From assembly GCA_945900455.1 (NCBI GenBank), contig CAMDJH010000004.1:1-60231 (forward strand): a stretch of DNA of 60,231 nt. Direction: 5' to 3'. This document shows positions 7,941-17,260 of the stretch, piece after piece. Under the pieces are notes generated by a model that saw only the letters and a list, made by a program, of their open reading frames with translations, was not told where the DNA came from and made no database searches. This DNA is from Akkermansia muciniphila (lineage in GTDB: Bacteria; Verrucomicrobiota; Verrucomicrobiia; Limisphaerales; UBA9464). Position numbers and translations under genes: made by a program. The number at the start of each line of letters is the position of its first letter. The first letter of the stretch is position 1.

Positions 7941-8118
7941 GAAATCAGTGATGAACTCCGGGAAGTTGGCGCAAAACGGAGCCGCAAGCAATTGTCGCAG
8001 CGGACCGAATTTCGATCCGAAAGCCGAACGAAACGCGACCGAGCATCCCGGCTCTATTTTTTCCATCCACCGCTTGTCCCCTTCGGATGCGCGCGATTAG
8101 CCGCCTCCTTTGCGCCAC

Positions 8119-9363
8119 CTATTCTTCCACCATCACGGGTGTGCCAACGGTCACGATCTGCCGAAGATATTCCGCGTTCCAGTTTGCCAACCGAAAACAG
8201 CCGTGACTTTCCGTGCGACCGACTTCTTCCGGCCGAGGCGTGCCGTGAATGCCGTAGCCGGGGCGGTCAAGACCGATCCAGGCCACACCCACAGGATTAT
8301 TCGGTCCCCGCGGTATCACCAGCTTGCGGTCCAAGGCCCGCGCTTCCGCAGACTCCGGGAATATTTCCGGGTTGAACGTATAGTTTGGGTCCTTGATCAC
8401 AACTTCGACGTGAAGTTCGCCCACCGGCCGCTTTTCAACCCGGGACGCAATGCTGCACGGAAAGTGCGCGAGCAAGCTTCCCTGGGCGTCGATGGCACGA
8501 AGCGTCTTTTGCGACAGACTGATCCGCACTCTCGCCGCTTTTCCCCGCGGCACCGGGTATTCCACATCCGGCACGCGAATACTCTGACCCGCGTGAACAG
8601 CGCCCCAGTCGACGCCCGGATTCATCTGCCGGACCAGGGCGGGATGGGAGTGACTCCTCTCGGCGACCAACTCCAGGACCGTCGAATATCCGAGTTCCGT
8701 CATTTCGGATTTCCCCAGCCACGTCGGCGGGACGGGTCGCAATCCGGCGAGATCCGAAGCCGTGATGACGAGTACATTCAAGGTTTCTCCATCCAGGGTG
8801 AGTTGAGATCGGGTGGCCTCATCCAACTGGCCGGTGACCTCCAACCCATGTTCGGATTGGAATGCCCGCAGGGCCGCCCGGGTTTGGGAGCCGAGCGAGC
8901 CGTCAATCGAGCCGCAAGAAATCCCCCGCCGGCCGAGGGCAATCTGTGCATCCAGAGTGGACCGCACCGGGCGGCCTGCAGCCCGGGCAGCGGCGGTGCG
9001 GACCGGTGGCAGCGTGTTTGTCGGCAACGGCGCGACGGGCGGAACCGATGCGAGCGGGGAAATTCGATTGGTTGTAGACTCCGCGACGTCGAGATTTGTG
9101 GTAACGACCGCCCGGACCAGATTGGTCGCCACGCGGATGGAGCGGCTTTCGACATTGGACCGGACGACGGTGGGGGAGGGTGGAGTGAGCGAGACTGGTG
9201 GGGGAGGCACCGGGAAGGAAACGGGGGCCGCGGGCCGCAGCCAGCCGCGATTCCATCCCAGCCAGGCCAGCCCCAGCAGTGTGACGAGAGCGACCACAAT
9301 CCACCCCTTGTCACGCGAGGGGCGACGGCGAAAGGATGATCGGTTTTTAGAGGAGCGGGCCAT
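8119..9363 (-). CDS. L,D-transpeptidase (YkuD domain) with a peptidoglycan-binding domain
   Basis: N-terminal membrane anchor. PG_binding_1-like segment (GSQTRAALRAFQSEHGLEVTGQLDEATRSQL). YkuD catalytic motif ...GIHGTPRPEEVGRTESHGCFRLANWN.... Confidence 0.9.
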   Translation of the reverse strand: MARSSKNRSSFRRRPSRDKGWIVVALVTLLGLAWLGWNRGWLRPAAPVSFPVPPPPVSLTPPSPTVVRSNVESRSIRVATNLVRAVVTTNLDVAESTTNRISPLASVPPVAPLPTNTLPPVRTAAARAAGRPVRSTLDAQIALGRRGISCGSIDGSLGSQTRAALRAFQSEHGLEVTGQLDEATRSQLTLDGETLNVLVITASDLAGLRPVPPTWLGKSEMTELGYSTVLELVAERSHSHPALVRQMNPGVDWGAVHAGQSIRVPDVEYPVPRGKAARVRISLSQKTLRAIDAQGSLLAHFPCSIASRVEKRPVGELHVEVVIKDPNYTFNPEIFPESAEARALDRKLVIPRGPNNPVGVAWIGLDRPGYGIHGTPRPEEVGRTESHGCFRLANWNAEYLRQIVTVGTPVMVEE

Positions 9364-9461
9364 CAGTGGTTTCCCTTGAGAAAATGGCCGGATCGCCGCA
9401 GGGCGGCAAGTTGGGAGACGATCTTTAGAACGATCCCCGTCACTCCAGGCTTCCCTGGCCC

Positions 9462-10769
9462 GTGGCCACCCGATACAACCTCTCGCGACATTTCTCTGAA
9501 ATCATGAACACCGTGACTGCTCTCAAAACCGTAAAAGGCTCCACCCGAGGACACGTCGAGGCCGCATTGGCCGAAACGGGCGGACTTCTCCGTCTATCCC
9601 CTTGCTGGGTGCCGCGATCCTTCCTCCAGCCTGGCAAACGTCTAAAACTGCATCCGGACGACTTGTACGCCTACGGGTTGCACCGGGGCGGGATTGACGA
9701 ACGCTGGTTCGCCTCGACCACTCCGGCGGCCAACGACAACCGGACCCCGGACGAAGGGTTGAGCTACTGTGTGGTCGGGCTCGCACGTTTCACGTTGCAG
9801 CAGGCCGTCGCGGATTGCGGAGCCACGTTGATTGGTTCGAAAATATGGAAGAAGTACGGCAAGTGGCCAGTGTATTCGAAGTTCTTCGACAACATGGGGC
9901 CAATTCCGCATCACATGCACCAGAACGCGAAACAGGCGAAACTGGTGGGTCGGGAGGGCAAGCCGGAATCTTATTACTTCCCGCCGCAGCATAACAACGT
10001 GGGTAATAATTTCCCGTACACATTCATGGGTCTCGAGCCCGGCACCACCAAAGCTCAAGTGCGGCGATGTCTCGAAGATTGGAACAAGGGAGACAACGGC
10101 ATCTTGGATCTGAGTCGCGCGTATCGTCTCAAACCGGGCACGGGTTGGTTGATCCCGCCGTGCATTTTGCATGCGCCGGGCTCGCTGTGTACCTATGAGC
10201 CGCAATGGGGCTCCGATGTCTTTGGCATGTACCAGAGTTTGGTGGAGGGCCGCATGGTACCGTGGGATCTCCTCGTGAAGGACATGCCGAAGGCCAAGCA
10301 TCGCGACCTCGATTTTATCGTGGATCAACTCGATTGGGACGGTAATACCGACGAGAATTTCAAGGACAACCACTACCTGGAACCCGTGCCGGTCGCGGAT
10401 ACCCGCAAGGAAGGGTTCGTCGACCGCTGGATTGTCTATGGAAAGGTCGAGGATCAGCAACTCTTCACCGCGAAGGAGCTGACCGTTGATCCCGGGACAA
10501 AATGTACCGTTAAGGACAATGGTGCGTATGGGCTGATTTGCGTGCAGGGAACGGGCGCGATCAACGGACAACCCTTGAATTGCCCAAAACTCATCCGCTT
10601 CCACGAACTCACTGAGGACGAATACTTTTGCACCGAAGACGGCGCGAACGCGGGAGTGACGTTCGAAAATTTGAGCGAAACCGAGCCGCTGGTCTGCCTT
10701 CGGTACTTCGGACCTGAGGTCAATCCAGGGGCACCGTCGATGGGTGCGTACCGCAGGAATAAGTTCTAA
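9462..10769 (+). CDS. Cupin-fold protein resembling class I mannose-6-phosphate isomerase (function uncertain)
   Basis: 435-aa ORF with coding-like composition. It has His-rich metal-site-like segments (GPIPHHMHQ ... ILHAPG) in a PMI-type arrangement. The assignment is by resemblance only. Confidence 0.5.
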   Translation: MATRYNLSRHFSEIMNTVTALKTVKGSTRGHVEAALAETGGLLRLSPCWVPRSFLQPGKRLKLHPDDLYAYGLHRGGIDERWFASTTPAANDNRTPDEGLSYCVVGLARFTLQQAVADCGATLIGSKIWKKYGKWPVYSKFFDNMGPIPHHMHQNAKQAKLVGREGKPESYYFPPQHNNVGNNFPYTFMGLEPGTTKAQVRRCLEDWNKGDNGILDLSRAYRLKPGTGWLIPPCILHAPGSLCTYEPQWGSDVFGMYQSLVEGRMVPWDLLVKDMPKAKHRDLDFIVDQLDWDGNTDENFKDNHYLEPVPVADTRKEGFVDRWIVYGKVEDQQLFTAKELTVDPGTKCTVKDNGAYGLICVQGTGAINGQPLNCPKLIRFHELTEDEYFCTEDGANAGVTFENLSETEPLVCLRYFGPEVNPGAPSMGAYRRNKF

Positions 10770-10795
10770 CCAACCGGAATCGTTTGGGCTTCGAG

Positions 10796-10840
10796 GCGCC
10801 TGCCCGCATCTCGGCGAGATGCGCCGGCCGGGACAGGCGC
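10796..10840. terminator. GC-rich nested hairpin between convergent genes (possible bidirectional terminator)
   Basis: GCGCCTGCCCG...CGGGACAGGCGC forms an outer stem around the inner hairpin CATCTC-GGC-GAGATG. There is no clear U-tract. Confidence 0.3.
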
Positions 10841-10856
10841 TTCGGGAGCTTTCGCT

Positions 10857-12452
10857 TCAATTGCCATCGAATTCGATCCGGTACAGCTTGCTGTCCTTAT
10901 TGTCCCCCCAGTTGGTCCCGAATTCGATGCCGTACAGACAGCCGTCCGCGCCGAGCTCGAGATCCATCGGACGCTTGAATGTAGTCCCCGGCATAAACCG
11001 CTTCATTTTGAGCGAGCCGTCGGGATTTTTCGCAATCTGATCGTTCTTGTCGAGTTTCACCGCGATGATCCAGCTGCGGGACCATTCGTAGATGAAGAGT
11101 GTGTGATCGAACACCTCCGGCAATTTGTGCGCCGCCTTCAGCTTGGGATCAAAATAGTAAACCGGTCCGGCCATCGCAGTCCGCCCCCCCCCTCCATTGA
11201 CCTCCGGGAATCGGGTGGACAAGGAGTGCGGGTAATAGATGAACGCGGGCTGAGCCGGAGGCAGGTCCTGGATCCCGGTATTGTAGACAGACCGATTTAC
11301 CGGCTTGAGCGGATCGAAAAAAACCGGGACGAAATCCGCGGGCGGCCAGGCGGCCGGCTTCGGGACGGTGCTGGCGACGCCGTTGGTCGCCGCCTTCTTG
11401 GCGGCCTCGTAGGCCGCGTTCGCTGTCGCCCACTTCTGTCGCTCCACAAAATCGATCCGGGCATAGGGCTTGTTATCCGCTACGAAGTACGGCCAGCCGA
11501 AATATCCGGCCTTCCGGGCTTGATTGATCTCATCAAATCCCGCCGCACCGCGCTTGGGGTCCGGAGATCCTGAATCGGGTCCAACTTCACCCCAATAGAG
11601 ATACCCGGTCTTCGGGTCGATCGCGATGCGGAAGGGATTGCGATTGCCCATCACATAAATCTCCGGACGCGTCCTTGCCGTGCCGGGCGGAAAGAGATTG
11701 CCGCGAGGGATGTCATAGCCGCCATTGGCTCGCGGCTTTACCCGCAGGATTTTTCCCGTGAGCGAGTTTGGATTAGCGGCCGACTTTTGCGCATCCCAAG
11801 GGGAACGACCCGGGCGATCGTCGTGCGGTGAAAATCCGTCCGATTCGAATGGATTGGTGTTATCGCCAACCGAGACGTACAAATTGCCGTCCGCATCAAA
11901 GGCGAGTGATCCTCCGACGTGACAGCACTGTTCCCGCTGGGTAGGAATGTCGAGGATGGGAGTTTCGCTCGCGAGATCGAGTTCGTTGCCTTTAAGAGTA
12001 TACCGGGAGACGCGGATAATTCCCGCCTTGCCGAACTCATTGGTCGTGGTCTCGGGCTGGGAGCAATTCACGTAGACCCAACCGTTCTCGGTGAAATTGG
12101 GATCCAGCGCGACTCCCAAGAGCCCATCTTCGAGTCCGGTGAAAGCCTTCAGGGTTGCGATGACCGAGGATTTTCCCGTGGCGGGCGACCACATTTTGAC
12201 GATTCCCGACCGTTCAACGAATAGGACGCGCCCATCTTTTGCCACCGATAGCTCCATCGGATCCTTGAGTGTGTCCTCCAATTTGCCGGCAACCGTCTGA
12301 TCCTGGTCCAGGATGACTTTACGGAATTGGGACTCCGCGGGGAGCCAGTTATTGCCCGGGCGATCGGCTGCGGAGGCGCCTGCGGTCACGGCTTGAGATT
12401 CCGCAGCAACCAGTGCGACGGTCAACAGGCAACAAAACGTTGAGGAATTCAT
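10857..12452 (-). CDS. PQQ-dependent sugar dehydrogenase (soluble glucose/sorbosone dehydrogenase family), secreted
   Basis: Signal peptide. Motifs GLLGVALDPNF..NGWVYV, GGSLAFD.DGNLYVSVGD and GNRNPFRIAIDPKTGYLYWGEVGPD are typical of the GSDH beta-propeller family. Confidence 0.88.
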   Translation of the reverse strand: MNSSTFCCLLTVALVAAESQAVTAGASAADRPGNNWLPAESQFRKVILDQDQTVAGKLEDTLKDPMELSVAKDGRVLFVERSGIVKMWSPATGKSSVIATLKAFTGLEDGLLGVALDPNFTENGWVYVNCSQPETTTNEFGKAGIIRVSRYTLKGNELDLASETPILDIPTQREQCCHVGGSLAFDADGNLYVSVGDNTNPFESDGFSPHDDRPGRSPWDAQKSAANPNSLTGKILRVKPRANGGYDIPRGNLFPPGTARTRPEIYVMGNRNPFRIAIDPKTGYLYWGEVGPDSGSPDPKRGAAGFDEINQARKAGYFGWPYFVADNKPYARIDFVERQKWATANAAYEAAKKAATNGVASTVPKPAAWPPADFVPVFFDPLKPVNRSVYNTGIQDLPPAQPAFIYYPHSLSTRFPEVNGGGGRTAMAGPVYYFDPKLKAAHKLPEVFDHTLFIYEWSRSWIIAVKLDKNDQIAKNPDGSLKMKRFMPGTTFKRPMDLELGADGCLYGIEFGTNWGDNKDSKLYRIEFDGN

Positions 12453-12518
12453 AGGGAAGATCTGTAAGAATCGTAACGGTGCTGAAGAAGTGGAGCTACC
12501 AAATTCCGACGAGAACTT

Positions 12519-13892
12519 TCAGGGAGAAGCGGGTTCCGTGAGTTGCTTCACCGCGGTCGCGAAGCCCGTGATCTGATTGTTCTGAACCTGGATCGATTTC
12601 GATGCCGCGCCGAGGCGCACCGCGATGCGTCCGGCCGGTTCCCGCGTCTCCAGGATCTCGTTCCCGGACAAAACCACGGCTTCGGTGGCGCCCTGGACAT
12701 CGATGGCCACTCCGTTGGTTGAACCACTATCGACGATGCGATTGTTTTCGATGCGATTGCGATGGCCGGCGAAGTCCTTGCCGCGTTCGGGCCGAAAGAG
12801 CACGCCCACCTGCGAGCTGCGCAGAATCTCATTCCGAGCCACGAGATTATCCGTGTCCCGGTGGCCGATCGAGACCCCAACGCGGTTGCCGATAAGCCGG
12901 TTATTCTCCGCCAGACCATATTTCACGCCCCAGCAAAAGAAGATGCCTATATCGTTTCCTTCCAGCCGACAGTTGCGAATAATTGGACGCTGCGAACCCG
13001 AACCCGGGTGGAGGCCGAGCCCGGCATGATATTCCGAAACGCAATTCTCGACCAACACATCATGGCAAACCTGCCAACTAATCCCGTCGCCGTTGTAGTT
13101 GCGCGCCTGCACCCCGCGGATCGTGATGCGGTTGCAATCCTGAAGAAAAATGCAGCCAGCGTAGTTGCCGTCCAGGTTGTCATTGAGCGGTCTGTTGCCA
13201 TCGAGCACGAGATTCTCGATGACGACGTCGGAAATGAATTCACCGCTGAGAATGGGGAAGAGGGTCGAAACCGTCGCGTTGCCCATTTTCCAGAAGTTTT
13301 CGCGCAATGGTCGGTCCAACTTGAAACGTTGGCCGTGGCGGGCAATCAACGTTCTCTTGACGACCGTTTCTCCACCGGTGTCTGGATTTTTCGCGCGGAG
13401 GCATACGCCATCTCCGACTGTGAAACCACTCGCGTCCAGCAGAGTGATTTCCTGATCAAACCAATCACTGTCCTCGGCGAGCGTTGTTTTCGTCGAAGAC
13501 TCTTTGATCAGCACCGTCTCCGATCCGCTGCCAACCAGGCGCACCTTCGATTGCAGATACACCGCGTTGTGCAAACGATAGATACCGGGCAACACATTCA
13601 CCGTGCCGCCGCCAAGGCGGGCCACATAATCCACCGCCGCCTGGAGCACGCGGTCACTGGTGCCAACCAAATCCGCCCCGGCTGGCCCGACCGTAATCGT
13701 GAGCCGTTGCGACCAGTCCGGCTCAACGGCGGTATCGCCCGAAGTCGCCCGGGGAACCGAAACGGCGGGACGCTCCGCGGCATGCAAAACGAGGGCGAGC
13801 GCGGCAATTCCCCCACAAAACCAGGCGGTGACGCAACGGCGGGGCCACCGGCAAAGATTGGAATTCGACATTTTGACGAGACGGGCAGGCAT
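12519..13892 (-). CDS. Right-handed parallel beta-helix repeat protein, secreted (pectate-lyase-fold/NosD-like)
   Basis: Repetitive ...N..I.GN..G... beta-helix turns. The signal peptide follows the internal start MPARLVKMSNSNL...IAALALVLHAA. The longer ORF-track start at 14168 would overlap the upstream kinase gene. The N-terminal domain is paralogous to 54336-54896. Confidence 0.75.
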   Translation of the reverse strand: MPARLVKMSNSNLCRWPRRCVTAWFCGGIAALALVLHAAERPAVSVPRATSGDTAVEPDWSQRLTITVGPAGADLVGTSDRVLQAAVDYVARLGGGTVNVLPGIYRLHNAVYLQSKVRLVGSGSETVLIKESSTKTTLAEDSDWFDQEITLLDASGFTVGDGVCLRAKNPDTGGETVVKRTLIARHGQRFKLDRPLRENFWKMGNATVSTLFPILSGEFISDVVIENLVLDGNRPLNDNLDGNYAGCIFLQDCNRITIRGVQARNYNGDGISWQVCHDVLVENCVSEYHAGLGLHPGSGSQRPIIRNCRLEGNDIGIFFCWGVKYGLAENNRLIGNRVGVSIGHRDTDNLVARNEILRSSQVGVLFRPERGKDFAGHRNRIENNRIVDSGSTNGVAIDVQGATEAVVLSGNEILETREPAGRIAVRLGAASKSIQVQNNQITGFATAVKQLTEPASP

Positions 13893-13920
13893 CGATTTAT
13901 TTCCTTCCGCGGCGAGAAAA

Positions 13921-15018
13921 TTACCGCACAACGCGGGCACCGCCCCCGCTGATCTGCTTTTCAACCTCCTTGCGAGTGGCCATCGATGTGTCACCGGGAG
14001 TCGTCGAGGCCAGGGCGCCATGGGCGGCTCCATAATCAACGGCCTTCTGCGCGTCGTTGAACTGCATGAAACCGAACTGCAAGCCGGAAGCAAAGCTGTC
14101 GCCGCCACCAACGCGGTCGAGAATTTCCAGTTCATCATATTTCCGGCTCTCGAAGAAATTGCCATCATGCCAGAGGATGGCGCTCCAGTCGTTTTTCGTT
14201 GCCGTAATGACGCGCCGCAGAGTGGTGGCGGCGACCTTGAAATTAGGGAACTCTTTCACCGCGGTTTCGATCATTTGTTTGAAGGCGCCGGTCTCGATGC
14301 CGGAAAGGGTATGATCCACGCCCTTTACCTCGAAGCCCAACGACGCGGTGAAGTCCTCTTCATTACCGAGCATGACATCGACGTATTGGGCGATCTCGCG
14401 GTTGATTTCGCGTGCCTTCTTGAGGCCGCCGATGGTCTTCCACAGGGAGGGTCGGTAGTTGAGATCGTAGGAGACGATCGTGCCGTGTTTCTTTGCCGCC
14501 TGGACAGCCTCGACCGTCAGTTCGGCGGTGGAGGCGGAGAGGGCGGCGAAAATGCCGCCCGTGTGGAACCATCGGACGCCGAGCGTCCCAAAGATGTGAT
14601 CCCAGTCGAAGTCCCCCGGTTTGAGCTGCGAAGCAGCGGTATTGCCGCGGTCGGGCACGCCGACCGCCCCGCGAATGCCAAAACCGCGTTCGGTGAAATT
14701 CAGACCGTTGCGGACGGTCCGGCCAATTCCGTCGTCGTCACGCCATTGGATCAAATCGGTGGCGACTCCGCCCTGCATGATGAAATCTTCGATCAAGTGC
14801 CCGACCTCGTTGTCGACGAAGGCGGTGCAAACGGCGGTTCTTAGGCCGAAGCATTTCCTCAGCCCGCGGGAGGTATTGTATTCGCCGCCACCTTCCCATG
14901 CGGTAAAGCTGCGGGCGGTGCGGACCCGCCCCTCGCCCGGATCCAGGCGGAGCATAATTTCTCCGAGGGAAATCTGGTCGAACGCGACGGATTTAGCGGG
15001 TTTGACGGGTAGGCTCAT
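13921..15018 (-). CDS. PfkB-family sugar kinase (2-dehydro-3-deoxygluconokinase-like)
   Basis: Motifs LGEIMLRLDP, GGGEYN and the C-terminal ...DRVGGGDSFASGL... with ...TPGD... are PfkB/KdgK-type. The ATG at 15016-15018 (MSLPVKPAK...) is preferred over the 85-codon upstream extension. Confidence 0.85.
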   Translation of the reverse strand: MSLPVKPAKSVAFDQISLGEIMLRLDPGEGRVRTARSFTAWEGGGEYNTSRGLRKCFGLRTAVCTAFVDNEVGHLIEDFIMQGGVATDLIQWRDDDGIGRTVRNGLNFTERGFGIRGAVGVPDRGNTAASQLKPGDFDWDHIFGTLGVRWFHTGGIFAALSASTAELTVEAVQAAKKHGTIVSYDLNYRPSLWKTIGGLKKAREINREIAQYVDVMLGNEEDFTASLGFEVKGVDHTLSGIETGAFKQMIETAVKEFPNFKVAATTLRRVITATKNDWSAILWHDGNFFESRKYDELEILDRVGGGDSFASGLQFGFMQFNDAQKAVDYGAAHGALASTTPGDTSMATRKEVEKQISGGGARVVR

Positions 15019-15085
15019 AACGAAGTAATTCCAATGGCAACGAAGAACGCATTGAGTCGGGTGGTTGTATACGGAGTCGGAGTTA

Positions 15086-16183
15086 CTAAACGACAATTGA
15101 TTTGAAGGAGTCGGCCTGCCAGAGCGGTTGACCTGCTTCCTGAGCCAGTTCATTGAACGCGTCGATCTCAGCGAGAGAGAAGAGGAGACCTCCCGCGGCG
15201 GCGGTCTTCTTCGCCCAGTCGGCTTCGAGTTGACCCGGAAGCAGGCACTGCTCGTTACCACGACTGAGGACATCGGCGATGACTGCCTTCACATTCTGTT
15301 GCTGATTGCGACCTTTCGCAAAAGCACCGCCGCTGATGGCGTCGGGATGGATCACTTGGAAAAAGAACGCGCACGTGTGTTTTTCCTCCGGTTGTTGTTC
15401 CCAGCGGCTACGAAGGGTCGGGAGGGAGCCGCCGATGAAACCAGCGACGATTTCATTGATCAGCGAGAGTCCATAGCCTTTGTGTGCCCCGAACGGCAAA
15501 AGAGAAACCGCCTGGGCCGGATCCGTTGTCGGGACGCCATTCTTGTCGACCGCAGCCATCGGTGGGAGCGGTTTGCCCTCACGCTTAAGCTGCTGGACGC
15601 GGCCCATTGCCACGACCGACGTCGCCCAATCGATGACGATCGGGTAGCCGATGGCATCGGTTGTTGGAAAACCCCACGAATGGGGGTTCGTGCCGAGCGT
15701 GGGGAACTTGCCGCCAAAGGGGACGACCTCCGCGAGGGACGCGGTGCAGTTTGTATAGGCGATGTACCCTTGCTGCGCGGCCTGCATCACGTAACCGCCG
15801 CCCCAAAGGTAGTGGAACGCGTTATCGACGGACACGATGCCAACGCCGTACTGGTCGGCAAGGCGGGAGGCCTCGGCCATTGCGCGATAGGCAGTGGCCG
15901 GTCCGAGCTTCTTATTGGCATTCCAAATTTTGGCGGCGGCAAAGCGCGAGGATCGCTCCTCGATCTGGGCTCCGGGCACGCACCCCTTTGAGCCCGAGCC
16001 GAAGAGGTGGTCGAGATGGAGGGCTTTGATGCCATTGTGGGTGCGGATACCGTGGCGGGCGGCCTCCGCGCAAAGGCGCGTGCCTTCGGCCGCTTCGTCC
16101 GCATGGAATCCTCGGTGGCAGTAGGCCGCCTGCACCAGGCCGTTGTGCTGCGACTCAGGGACGATGAAGTAGGTATCGGGCAT
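15086..16183 (-). CDS. Ldh_2 family oxidoreductase (malate/L-lactate/ureidoglycolate dehydrogenase type 2)
   Basis: ...GIRTHNGIKALHLDHLFG..., GTNPHSWGFPT and FGAHKGYGLSLINEIVAG are characteristic Ldh_2 motifs. The start is taken at the ATG at 16183 (MPDTYFIVPE). Confidence 0.85.
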   Translation of the reverse strand: MPDTYFIVPESQHNGLVQAAYCHRGFHADEAAEGTRLCAEAARHGIRTHNGIKALHLDHLFGSGSKGCVPGAQIEERSSRFAAAKIWNANKKLGPATAYRAMAEASRLADQYGVGIVSVDNAFHYLWGGGYVMQAAQQGYIAYTNCTASLAEVVPFGGKFPTLGTNPHSWGFPTTDAIGYPIVIDWATSVVAMGRVQQLKREGKPLPPMAAVDKNGVPTTDPAQAVSLLPFGAHKGYGLSLINEIVAGFIGGSLPTLRSRWEQQPEEKHTCAFFFQVIHPDAISGGAFAKGRNQQQNVKAVIADVLSRGNEQCLLPGQLEADWAKKTAAAGGLLFSLAEIDAFNELAQEAGQPLWQADSFKSIVV

Positions 16184-16208
16184 GGAAGTAGGAGAGGGGC
16201 TTCGCGAT

Positions 16209-17168
16209 TTAGATCTCGTTCGCCTGAGCAATCGGCTTCTGGCCGGCGAAGAAGAGAGTGAGGTTTTCCACGGCGCAGCTGGCCTGGCGCTGGACGCTCT
16301 CGTGGGTGCGTGATCCGATATGCGGAGTTATGACCACGTTCGGCAGACCCAACAGCGGGTGGTTCGCAGGCGGGGGCTCCTGGTCGAGCACGTCGGCGGC
16401 GTAGGCGAGGAGATGCCCCGATTTGAGAACTTCGACGAGCGCCGAGAGCTCGATGATTTCACCGCGAGCGCAATTGACAATGACCGCACCTTTCCGGAGC
16501 AGCCGGATGTTCTTCGCATGGATGAGGTGCTTCGTGGCTGGCGTGAGCTTGGTGTGCAGGGTGACGAAGTCTGCGCGACGGAGGACGTCGTCAAAGTTGG
16601 CGACACGTTCTATGCCATACCAGCGGGCAAAATCCTCGTCCCAATAGTTGCCGTAGCCGATGAGTTTCAAACCAAAAGCGTGGGCGCGGACGGCGACCTC
16701 CTTGCCGATCCGCCCGAAGCCGACAATGGCCAGCGTCTTGCCGCAGACCTCGTGGCCCGTAATGCGCGTCCAGCGCCCCGCCGCGGTATGATTGGCCTCA
16801 ACGACGAGATTGCGCACCGCCGCAAGCAACAAGGCGAAGCAGTGCTCGGCAACGGTCGTATGGTTAACTCCGGGCGTGAAAAGCACCGGCACTTTCAGCT
16901 CCGTGGCAGCGGCAACGTCGATTTTATCGAGTCCGATACCGTATTTGGAGATCACCTTGAGCCGCGGCAGCGACTTGGTGATGACCGCACGGGTCAACGC
17001 ATCGTCACCACACAGGTAGGCATCAAACTGGCCCGCGAGTTCCAGCATCTTCGATTCCGGCAGCGGACCCCGTTCGCGGACAATCTCAAAGCCGGTGGCC
17101 GCGAGCATTTCGTGGTGGATGCCAGGCGTGTCCTGGAACGAAGTGGTGGAGAGAAGGACGCGAGTCAT
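16209..17168 (-). CDS. D-isomer-specific 2-hydroxyacid dehydrogenase (phosphoglycerate dehydrogenase-like)
   Basis: NAD-binding motif GKTLAIVGFGRIGKEVA, plus ...VNCARGEII... and ...VVITPHIGS.T.E.... The start is taken at 17168 (MTRVLLSTTSF). Confidence 0.88.
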   Translation of the reverse strand: MTRVLLSTTSFQDTPGIHHEMLAATGFEIVRERGPLPESKMLELAGQFDAYLCGDDALTRAVITKSLPRLKVISKYGIGLDKIDVAAATELKVPVLFTPGVNHTTVAEHCFALLLAAVRNLVVEANHTAAGRWTRITGHEVCGKTLAIVGFGRIGKEVAVRAHAFGLKLIGYGNYWDEDFARWYGIERVANFDDVLRRADFVTLHTKLTPATKHLIHAKNIRLLRKGAVIVNCARGEIIELSALVEVLKSGHLLAYAADVLDQEPPPANHPLLGLPNVVITPHIGSRTHESVQRQASCAVENLTLFFAGQKPIAQANEI

Positions 17169-17260
17169 TGATCGGGATAAGATTTGAGCGGTTTCGCCGA
17201 TGAGGGCAACTTCCAAGTGCGACACTGTCGCCCAATAATTGTTGTTCAATCCCCCGGGCG

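Noticed and set aside
8110-9339. 409-aa ORF antisense to the L,D-transpeptidase gene. Similar long antisense or shadow ORFs occur elsewhere: 9642-10604, 12762-13952, 13660-14844, 15128-15991, 16320-17171, 21278-22648, 23059-23772, 24212-25003, 34200-34922, 37627-38616, 42561-43358, 54904-55947, 56032-56637, 57253-58002 and 59118-59891.
   Set aside because: In every case the opposite strand carries unmistakable family motifs (YkuD, PfkB, esterase/SMP-30, alpha-CA, Pgk, DnaJ, ActP, DUF1501 and so on). The shadow ORFs translate to Arg/Gly/Pro/Ala-rich low-complexity sequence, which is typical of stop-poor antisense frames in ~60% GC DNA.
13921-15273. Long N-terminal extensions of ORF-track ORFs that overlap upstream genes. 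Examples are 13921-15273, 12519-14168, 15086-16231, 16209-17249, 18399-19826, 26329-27162, 33399-34928, 37483-38853, 31403-32326 and 53245-54462.
   Set aside because: Homology to the recognised families begins at internal ATG or GTG codons. The extensions overlap the preceding gene or a repeat and look non-genic, so the shorter starts were used.
17169-17260. SAM or other riboswitch in the metY leader (the segment GCCGATGAGGGCAAC vaguely recalls the SAM-I core).
   Set aside because: The whole divergent spacer is only about 90 nt and must also hold two promoters. The conserved SAM-I/SAM-II helices and junction nucleotides are not present.
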